Part shown: one piece after another, positions 7,022 to 14,626 of the stretch
How the letters are laid out: every line of letters starts with the position of its first letter
Position numbering within the stretch: position 1 is the stretch's first letter
Translations under genes and position numbers: made by a program
The notes under the pieces: model-generated
Databases searched by the model: none
What the model was told of the DNA's origin: nothing
Seen by the model: only the letters and a program-made list of their open reading frames with translations
Assembly (NCBI GenBank): GCA_963677115.1
Contig: OY781874.1
Span: forward strand, 2,937,618-3,001,617
DNA from: an uncultured Allomuricauda sp.
GTDB lineage: Bacteria; Bacteroidota; Bacteroidia; Flavobacteriales; Flavobacteriaceae
Direction of reading: 5' to 3'
DNA: 64,000 nucleotides

Positions 7022-10000
7022 ATGAAAAAACTACTGATTTGCTTGACATTATTGACCTGCTTTGGCCTCTCCGCCCAATTGCATATCGACCTTGAGGTCG
7101 CCGACCGCACCAACCAAGCGTTCAGCTTGTTGGACAAAAGCAAGGTTCCCCACAACATGCTACTGGATTATGGGTACGATTTTGTGGACGTGACCAACTA
7201 CGACGGCGTGCTCCGGGACAACAATTATCTAGTACCCTCCGTGTACCGCGACCTGTACAACAGTGTGGTCTCCATGCGTACCACCCTAACCGTGCCGGAA
7301 CTGGTGGACCCTATGCTCATGGAACAGGGGTGGAAGAGCACTTCCAAGACGGAGCTGAACAAACTGGGCAAAGGGGCCATGGCCTCGGCAGTGGTCCTCA
7401 ACGGCATGTACTACCAGTATGCCCGCTTTCGCCCCGATGCGTTGCAGAACGGCCTTATTGCGGTGGAGAACAACAAGTACCGCGATGTGTATGTGGGCAC
7501 GGAGTGGCAGGACCCCTACGAGGAAATGGAAGTGTTTGCTATGGCGCTACCCGTTACGCAGATCAGCAACTCCAAGGTGTCCGTGGTGCTGGGCAAAACG
7601 GATTGGCGCACCAACCAACCGGGCCTGGTGGACGAATTTGCCGTGGATTTTGGCGATGGCGGCGGGTTTGAGCCCATGTTGTTGGGCGTATCCGTAGATC
7701 ATTATTTTGAACAGGACGGGGAGTACGCGTGGACGTTTCGGCTAAAGCTCACGGACGGTACCTTTAAGTACTGCCGCACCCCGGTAAAGGTCACCGGTAA
7801 GGCCAAACAACAGACCCTGACGGCCCGTAACCCTGACTGCGATAAGAAACCCTGGGTAGAGACCATTACAGCCGCTAAGGGGTATATGGGGATAAAGGGA
7901 GTGGCCAATTTACAGATAGCCCCTGCCAAAGAATGTACTAAAATCCACAAACCCTTGATTGTTGTAGAAGGGTTTGATACGGGTTTGATGGGAAATGATC
8001 CAGAATGGGGTGATACACACCTTAAATCTTTTTTGGATGAGGTGAGGTTTAAGTCTCAAAGTCAAGAATTGCAAAACCTTATTACCGAAGACACCGAAGA
8101 AAGTTTTGACATCATCTACGTAAACTGGGAAGATGGCACCGATTGGCTGCAGCGCAATGCCTATGCCCTGGAGGCGGTGATAGAATGGGTGAACAACAAT
8201 AAGGAGGAAGATGCAGCGCCCAACGTTATCTTGGGCCAGAGCATGGGCGGGGTCATTGCCCGGTATGCCCTTCGCGATATGGAGAACAACAATGTGGACC
8301 ACGATACCAGCCTCTACATAAGCCACGATGCCCCGCACCAAGGTGCCCACGTGCCCCCCGGCTTTTTATTTGCCGCACGCCATGTGCTCAACGAGCTTAT
8401 TACCACGCCCATTGGCGATGTTACGGTAGCCGTTGCCAGTAATGAGTTTCCGGTGGACGATGCCCGCCAATTGATAGATAGGCCCGCTGTAAAGCAAATG
8501 CTCATCAATTATGTGGACTCCAATTACGAACTGAACAACACGGTGCACAAGGCATGGCAGACCGAGCTCAAGAACATGGGCTACCCGCAGCAAACACGCA
8601 ATATAGCCATCAGCAATGGTAGCCATTGCGCAGAAGGCTACGGGTTGGAACCCGGCAAAAGCCTTTTCTGGCTGCACGGTAGGGCCTCTACCAGCCTTAT
8701 TGGGGACTTCCTGCTCTTTCTTTATCCAGCCTTAGGAGGAATCCCCGGTGCGGCTTTTGGGGATATTCCTGCCGCTATACTGGGTTTTGTACCGGGAAAG
8801 ACCACCCTTAAAACGGATTTTCAGGCATGGGCCATACCAGGGAACGTAGAAGACTTGATTTATAAGGGATGGATCCAGTACGAAAAGAAAAGTTTATGGA
8901 TTTTGCCCATAACCCGCACCCTTACCAATAAAGCCATTAAATGGCAGGGAGAGAATGTGTATTGGGCAAATTTTCCGGGAGGGGCTATGCCGTTTATCAA
9001 TACTGTAGATGATTTTAATATAAATGACGAGGAAACTATAGTGGACTTTTTGTTGAATTATGATATCACCTTGGAAACACCCCCGGACCTTAATTTTATA
9101 CCCACGACCAGTGCCCTGGATGTAGGCGGCAATAATGTGGCACTTACCCAGGAAGACCATTACAGAGTCTATACCATGGATGCGGAACTACCGGATGGGC
9201 TAAAGATTCAATTTGATAATTTTGCCACCACTTACAATATTTCTGGGAAGAATACGGATCATATTTCCTTTAATAGGGCCAATGGCGATTGGTTGGCCGA
9301 TGAGCTTAAGAATGCAGGCACCGTTTTCGATTGTACATTTTTATGTGGTTCCAGTTTTGTGATCGAGGGAAGCAGCAAGCTTTGTGAACAAGAAATTTAT
9401 TTTGTGGATGTAAAGGGAGATATGCAGGTAGAATGGAGTTCCGATAACATGGAGGCAGCATTACCCAGCGACCCCAACAGCCCGGCAACATCGTTTACCA
9501 CCTCACCAAATTCCTATAACGAAACATTGACCATTTATGCCATTTTGACCTCCGAAAGCTGTGCAGGAGACCCCATAGTTCTGGAAAAAACTGTCCATGT
9601 GGGCAAGCCTGGGCTACCATCCAACTTATGGGGACCCGAAATTGTTTTAACAGGAGCTTTGGTCAAGTATTATGGCGGACCTGCAGAGGGGGCTGATTCT
9701 TATGAATGGTGGCTGCCCCATCCTTTTGAAGTAGTAGACCAGTTTGATTATTTTGGGGATAATTGGCAAATATTAAGTACCAATACCTATTATGATGTGG
9801 CCAATGTATTTACTGGATATGCAAAACATGAGGGGTTGGTACAGCTTATGGGCGTAAACGAGTGTGGGCGGGGACCTGCTATAACAATGCATGTAAAACA
9901 TGTCGGAGAGGGAGAAATTGGTGAAGGAGGTATTCCTTTGGAACAGAATCCAGGATACCAGTCGAACCCTAATTCAAATGAAACCGAGGATGGTGTAGTG

Positions 10001-10255
10001 ATCTATCCCAATACCGCAACGGACGAGGTAAACATCACCTTGGAATCCTCCATGGGTCCAGAAGGGATTGCTCCATCAAAAATCTTGGGTATAGCTGTAT
10101 ACCAACAGCTACAACAAGCACCTAAAAAGCAACTGATTTTTTCCTCACCTAAGACTTCAGCATTGATAGATGTCAGGGATTTAAATGATGGGTACTATTT
10201 TGTAGTGATAGAAACCGATAAAGGCCCGGTGACCAAAATTCTTTTGGTAAAATAA
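7022..10255 (+). CDS. T9SS type-A cargo protein with an alpha/beta-hydrolase (lipase/esterase-like) domain
   Basis: Signal peptide ending LSAQ; GQSMG nucleophile elbow at 8234-8248 (aa 405-409); IVVEGFD and DAPHQGA motifs; C-terminal IYPNT...DVRDLNDGYYFVVIETDKGPVTKILLVK sorting domain. Confidence 0.78.
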   Translation: MKKLLICLTLLTCFGLSAQLHIDLEVADRTNQAFSLLDKSKVPHNMLLDYGYDFVDVTNYDGVLRDNNYLVPSVYRDLYNSVVSMRTTLTVPELVDPMLMEQGWKSTSKTELNKLGKGAMASAVVLNGMYYQYARFRPDALQNGLIAVENNKYRDVYVGTEWQDPYEEMEVFAMALPVTQISNSKVSVVLGKTDWRTNQPGLVDEFAVDFGDGGGFEPMLLGVSVDHYFEQDGEYAWTFRLKLTDGTFKYCRTPVKVTGKAKQQTLTARNPDCDKKPWVETITAAKGYMGIKGVANLQIAPAKECTKIHKPLIVVEGFDTGLMGNDPEWGDTHLKSFLDEVRFKSQSQELQNLITEDTEESFDIIYVNWEDGTDWLQRNAYALEAVIEWVNNNKEEDAAPNVILGQSMGGVIARYALRDMENNNVDHDTSLYISHDAPHQGAHVPPGFLFAARHVLNELITTPIGDVTVAVASNEFPVDDARQLIDRPAVKQMLINYVDSNYELNNTVHKAWQTELKNMGYPQQTRNIAISNGSHCAEGYGLEPGKSLFWLHGRASTSLIGDFLLFLYPALGGIPGAAFGDIPAAILGFVPGKTTLKTDFQAWAIPGNVEDLIYKGWIQYEKKSLWILPITRTLTNKAIKWQGENVYWANFPGGAMPFINTVDDFNINDEETIVDFLLNYDITLETPPDLNFIPTTSALDVGGNNVALTQEDHYRVYTMDAELPDGLKIQFDNFATTYNISGKNTDHISFNRANGDWLADELKNAGTVFDCTFLCGSSFVIEGSSKLCEQEIYFVDVKGDMQVEWSSDNMEAALPSDPNSPATSFTTSPNSYNETLTIYAILTSESCAGDPIVLEKTVHVGKPGLPSNLWGPEIVLTGALVKYYGGPAEGADSYEWWLPHPFEVVDQFDYFGDNWQILSTNTYYDVANVFTGYAKHEGLVQLMGVNECGRGPAITMHVKHVGEGEIGEGGIPLEQNPGYQSNPNSNETEDGVVIYPNTATDEVNITLESSMGPEGIAPSKILGIAVYQQLQQAPKKQLIFSSPKTSALIDVRDLNDGYYFVVIETDKGPVTKILLVK

Positions 10256-10353
10256 AAGTAACTGCCTATCCACAGCAACCAAGATGGACTAGATTTTTGA
10301 TTTTGATTCATCTTGAGCAGAAATCTAAAGTCTCGAACTGGCAGAATTTTAGA

Positions 10354-11697
10354 TTAAACCCCAGTGTAATTCGCTGGGGTAATTTGTTTCAACTCAGCTT
10401 TAATATCATCTGAAACGTCCAAGGTCTCGATAAAATCGGCAATGGATTTTTGGTTGATTTTTTCGTTGGTACGCGTTAAACCTTTTAAGGCTTCGTATGG
10501 GTTGGGATAGCCCTCTCTTCGTAAAATGGTCTGAATGGCCTCGGCAACCACGGCCCAATTATCCTCTAAATCTTGCTCGAACTTGGATTGGTTCAGTACC
10601 AATTTGCCCAATCCTTTTAAAGTAGACTGGAAACCAACTATGGTATGTGCAAAAGGCACCCCCACATTTCGTAAAACAGTACTGTCCGTAAGATCACGTT
10701 GTAATCTGGAAATCGGGAGTTTGGCGGATAAATGTTCAAAAATGGCATTGGCCAAGCCCAAATTTCCTTCCGAATTTTCAAAATCGATAGGATTCACCTT
10801 GTGCGGCATGGCCGAAGAGCCAACTTCTCCTTTTTTGATTTTCTGTTTAAAGTAATCCATGGAAATGTAGGTCCAAAAGTCGCGATCCAAATCAATCAAA
10901 ATGGTGTTGATGCGTTTAAGGCAATCGAACAAAGCCGCCATATGGTCGTAGTGCTCGATTTGGGTAGTGGGGAAGGAGTGGTGCAAGCCCAGTTTCTCCT
11001 GTACAAACTGCTTTCCAAAGGCTCTCCAATCATTATTGGGATACGCCACCTTGTGTGCGTTGTAATTCCCTGTGGCGCCACCGAACTTAGCAGCACTGGG
11101 TATGTCGTTCAATAAATTGAACTGCTCTTTAAAACGTTCCACAAACACGTCGATTTCCTTGCCTAAACGGGTAGGGGAAGCGGGCTGACCGTGGGTCCTG
11201 GCCAACATAGGGATGTTTTTCCATGTCTTGGCCAGTTCCTTCAATTTTTCAAAAACCTCCAAATAGGAAGGAACGTACACATCGTTCATCGCCTCTTTGA
11301 TGGACAAAGGAATGGCCGTGTTGTTTATGTCTTGGGAAGTCAGTCCAAAGTGAATGAACTCCTTGTATTTCTGAAGGTCTAAAGCATCAAACTTTTGTTT
11401 GATGAAGTATTCCACGGCTTTTACATCGTGATTGGTAGTTTTTTCAATATCCTTGATGGCTTGGGCGTCTTCGGAAGAAAATTCTTGATAGATTTTCTGC
11501 AATTCGGGAAACAGCGCCGTATTGAAATCGGCCAATTGCGGCAAAGGGACTTCGCAAAGCGCTATAAAATATTCAATCTCTACTTGAACACGGTATTTGA
11601 TCAGGGCTTCTTCCGAAAAGTAGTCTTTTAAGGCTTTGGTTTTGTTTCTATATCTGCCGTCAATCGGCGAAATGGCGTTTAGTTGTGTCAGGGACAT
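10354..11697 (-). CDS. purB: Adenylosuccinate lyase
   Basis: LNAISPIDGRY N-terminus, TNHDVKAVEY, signature GSSAMPHKVNPIDFENSEGN; start moved to the ATG at 11697. Confidence 0.96.
   Translation of the reverse strand: MSLTQLNAISPIDGRYRNKTKALKDYFSEEALIKYRVQVEIEYFIALCEVPLPQLADFNTALFPELQKIYQEFSSEDAQAIKDIEKTTNHDVKAVEYFIKQKFDALDLQKYKEFIHFGLTSQDINNTAIPLSIKEAMNDVYVPSYLEVFEKLKELAKTWKNIPMLARTHGQPASPTRLGKEIDVFVERFKEQFNLLNDIPSAAKFGGATGNYNAHKVAYPNNDWRAFGKQFVQEKLGLHHSFPTTQIEHYDHMAALFDCLKRINTILIDLDRDFWTYISMDYFKQKIKKGEVGSSAMPHKVNPIDFENSEGNLGLANAIFEHLSAKLPISRLQRDLTDSTVLRNVGVPFAHTIVGFQSTLKGLGKLVLNQSKFEQDLEDNWAVVAEAIQTILRREGYPNPYEALKGLTRTNEKINQKSIADFIETLDVSDDIKAELKQITPANYTGV
10358..10460. repeat. 103-bp perfect direct repeat, right copy (inside the purB 3' end)
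   Basis: Identical to 2604-2706. Confidence 0.95.
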
Positions 11698-11743
11698 GGT
11701 CAAGAAAATTTTGAAAGGTTCAAAGATACTTAAACGCCATGGT

Positions 11744-12340
11744 TTAGACACCCAAATCGGCCAACTTATCCAGAGTTTTTTTTGCGCGGTTCCGGTATCC
11801 AGTGCTTCCGTTGGGGTAGCTATCTTCCAGAACTAGTTTGAGTTCGGAGTGGACCCAATCAAATTTTAATCCCAAATAGTACAGACTCGTCATTGCAAAA
11901 ACCTTGGGCGCCATATTCATAGGACCAATGAGCCAATCAAAACAAGCGGTCATTATTTTTTCCAATTGGTCATCTGTAATATTTTTAAGGAAATCGGACT
12001 TCTTTTTCTTAAAATAGGCCTCACAGAGCATTTCGCACACATGGGCAATGGGGCGAATACAGGATTCGGACTTTAATTCAGATAAACCGTTCACAAAATT
12101 ATCCATAAAAGGGAGGATGTAGTGTAGTTCCTTTCGCATCAAATGGTCAAAAGTCCAACTTGCATTAAAGGTACCTTTCTTGTCTTCCCATAAAATTTCT
12201 TGATAAAGCACTTGTGCCAATTGGGGTTCCTGCTGTAATTGAATAACCAATTCGTCAATCTGGACCTTGGAAATTCTCCCAGAATGAAGTGCGATATGAA
12301 GCTGCTCTTGCGTCACCAAAAAATCAATATATTTACTCAA
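11744..12340 (-). CDS. Conserved hypothetical helical-repeat protein
   Basis: All-helical pattern, C-terminal GYRNRAKK; no catalytic motif seen; the start may be the GTG at 12316. Confidence 0.6.
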   Translation of the reverse strand: MSKYIDFLVTQEQLHIALHSGRISKVQIDELVIQLQQEPQLAQVLYQEILWEDKKGTFNASWTFDHLMRKELHYILPFMDNFVNGLSELKSESCIRPIAHVCEMLCEAYFKKKKSDFLKNITDDQLEKIMTACFDWLIGPMNMAPKVFAMTSLYYLGLKFDWVHSELKLVLEDSYPNGSTGYRNRAKKTLDKLADLGV

Positions 12341-12349
12341 ATCCTGTAG

Positions 12350-12805
12350 GTGATGAAAATAGTGAAAAAAATAGCAATTGTCCTATTGATCGTATTGATC
12401 GGTATGCAATTTTACCGACCAGTAAAAAATAAGGCCGAAGGCGATTATGTAGCAGCCTTTGAAACGGATACCCAACCTTCGCCAGAAGTAAAAATAATTT
12501 TGGAAGCAGCCTGCTACGATTGTCATAGCGCCAACACGGAATATCCTTGGTACAATAATATTGCTCCTGTTTCTTACTGGTTGGCCGATCATGTTGAAGA
12601 TGGAAAGCGTCATTTAAATTTTTCCGATTGGGAAAATTACGATGCTAAAAAGAAGGATCACAAGCTGGAAGAGATAATCGAGGAGGTGAAGGAAGGTGAA
12701 ATGCCCTTGAACGAATATACTTGGACCCATGCTGATGCCAAATTGTCCGACGAGCAAATGCGTCTACTACTGTCCTGGGCAGAGGCCACCAGAGCTAATT
12801 ATTGA
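12350..12805 (+). CDS. Haem-binding (cytochrome c type) protein
   Basis: CxxCH motif (ACYDCHS), YPWY, G..HLNFS.W and EMP motifs; N-terminal membrane anchor. Confidence 0.8.
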   Translation: MMKIVKKIAIVLLIVLIGMQFYRPVKNKAEGDYVAAFETDTQPSPEVKIILEAACYDCHSANTEYPWYNNIAPVSYWLADHVEDGKRHLNFSDWENYDAKKKDHKLEEIIEEVKEGEMPLNEYTWTHADAKLSDEQMRLLLSWAEATRANY

Positions 12806-13490
12806 TAAGATTCTCCACCAAAACCGGTAGTCCCTTGGCAGCGGTTTTTGGGATTACGGTCAGGTTATCAAAATCTGTAGATCGAATGTTGGGCTTGGGG
12901 TCAATAAAGTATATTGGAGTCTGTTTTGGGGCATAATGAATCAAACTTGCCGCAGGATAGACTTGCATAGAGGTGCCCACTATAATCAAAATTTCGGCTT
13001 GTTGGGCAATCTGTACTGCGGTCTCCAACATGGGTACCATTTCGCCAAACCAAACAATATGTGGACGTAGCTGATGTCCGTTTTTGTCTGTATCGCCCAA
13101 AATCAAGTCCTTTTTCCAATCCAATATATGGTTTTCATCCATCGTGCTCCGCACTTTGAACAATTCTCCGTGCAAATGCACCACGTGGGAACTGCCGGCC
13201 TGCTCGTGCAGATTATCTACATTTTGAGTTATAATACTGACATCAAAAGCCTGTTCCAGTTCTGCCAATGCTAAATGACCTTTGTTTGGGACAACCTCCA
13301 ATAATTGTCTTCTCCTTTGGTTGTAAAATTCAAGTACAAGTTCTGGGTCTTTTGCAAACCCTTGTGGCGAGGCCACTTGCATCACATCATGGCCTTCCCA
13401 AAGGCCATTTTCGTCACGAAAGGTCTTAAGACCACTTTCGGCACTCATGCCAGCACCTGTTAACACAACTATTTTTTGTTTTTCCATCAT
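12795..13490 (-). CDS. cobB: NAD-dependent protein deacylase (sirtuin)
   Basis: GAGMSAESG, TQNVDNLHE, HG, LRPHIVWFGE and GTS..VYPAA motifs. Confidence 0.92.
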   Translation of the reverse strand: MMEKQKIVVLTGAGMSAESGLKTFRDENGLWEGHDVMQVASPQGFAKDPELVLEFYNQRRRQLLEVVPNKGHLALAELEQAFDVSIITQNVDNLHEQAGSSHVVHLHGELFKVRSTMDENHILDWKKDLILGDTDKNGHQLRPHIVWFGEMVPMLETAVQIAQQAEILIIVGTSMQVYPAASLIHYAPKQTPIYFIDPKPNIRSTDFDNLTVIPKTAAKGLPVLVENLINN

Positions 13491-14626
13491 TTATTTTTCC
13501 CCAACAGATTTAAAATTATGCTTTTGAACATAGAAATTCCAGTCGTAATTAGCTCATCCGGAAAATCATAGTCTGCATTGTGCAGGGCTGGAGTGGATTC
13601 ACCGGCCCCAATGCCGAACATTGAAGTTTTGTAGGATTTGGAAAACCAACCAAAATCCTCACCGAATTTAAACGGAACAGGACGTTCTACAGTTGGAAAA
13701 TTGTTGGATGAGGCAGCCTGTCTTACCAAGTGGGTACATTCGTTGTGAACGGAACTAGCCGGAAAATATTCCATCCAATCCAGTTTAGACCCCAAGTGCC
13801 ATTGTTTGCAAACCTTGTCCACAATCCCGGTTAATTTGGATTGCAGTTTCTTCATTTGGTCTGTGTTCCAAGTACGAAGCGTGTAATGCAATTCAGCATT
13901 TGCTGGTGAAATACCGTATGATGTTTGGCCCATTTTGAGGTGTATCGGTGTTACAATGGCAAATTTTGGGTCCATTGGTTCCGGCGCGTTCAATTTTGAT
14001 ATGCTTTGAACAATTTCAGCCAAGGCCAGAGCCGGATTTATGCCATTCTCAGGCTCTGATGCATGGGATTCTTTGCCTTTTAGCTGTATGGAAACACTTA
14101 TCACCTCTGCAGAAAATCCCTGTTCTGTGATGAGTATGCTGTGCAGTGGCACTTTGGGAATATTGTGCAAGGCGAAGACATAATCGGTCTGCAATCCTTT
14201 AAATTTTTTGTCCTTAACCATTCTCAGTGCTCCTTCACCGGTTTCCTCGGCCGGTTGAAAAAGTAAGATTATAGTTCCTGATTTTAAGTGGCTTACCGAC
14301 AGCCATTTTGCTATACCGGCCATAATGGTCATATGGCCATCATGCCCGCATTTGTGGGAGACTCCATTTGTATTGGACTTATGCGGAAAGGTATTGGTTT
14401 CCTGAATCGGCAATGCATCCAATTCGCATCTTAGGGTTATTCTGGGTCCGTTATCAGAGAATTTAAAAACTACCGCCATACCGGCACCTCCAATCCCTTC
14501 AATTATTTTGCTGGGGCTGTAGGGAGCAATAAATTCTTTTATGATATCCGCCGTTCCCTGTTCCCTGTTGGATAGGTCTGGGTCTGCATGCAATTTATGC
14601 CTTAATGCCACGAGTTGATTATCCAT
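13487..14626 (-). CDS. M20-family amidohydrolase
   Basis: RHKLHADPDLS, LRCELDALP, HKCGHDGH, FQPAEE, EDF and LHN motifs; start moved to the ATG at 14626. Confidence 0.88.
   Translation of the reverse strand: MDNQLVALRHKLHADPDLSNREQGTADIIKEFIAPYSPSKIIEGIGGAGMAVVFKFSDNGPRITLRCELDALPIQETNTFPHKSNTNGVSHKCGHDGHMTIMAGIAKWLSVSHLKSGTIILLFQPAEETGEGALRMVKDKKFKGLQTDYVFALHNIPKVPLHSILITEQGFSAEVISVSIQLKGKESHASEPENGINPALALAEIVQSISKLNAPEPMDPKFAIVTPIHLKMGQTSYGISPANAELHYTLRTWNTDQMKKLQSKLTGIVDKVCKQWHLGSKLDWMEYFPASSVHNECTHLVRQAASSNNFPTVERPVPFKFGEDFGWFSKSYKTSMFGIGAGESTPALHNADYDFPDELITTGISMFKSIILNLLGKNK

Larger units (their letters stand above)
2604..10460. mobile_element. Genomic islet integrated at the purB 3' end, no integrase encoded
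   Basis: Flanking 103-bp direct repeat of a gene 3' end; content is accessory (lipoprotein array plus secreted protein); strong local GC heterogeneity. Confidence 0.7.

Noticed and set aside
3592-7158. Recurrent small minus-strand ORFs in the array (60-120 aa ending ...YGSGVCCL)
   Set aside because: They are antisense shadows of the repeated leader and constant region, with no plausible independent starts or features
3044-10255. Classical integron
   Set aside because: The spacers lack the RYYYAAC...GTTRRRY palindromic attC structure (a single GTTAAGC near 5002 is not repeated), and no IntI is present
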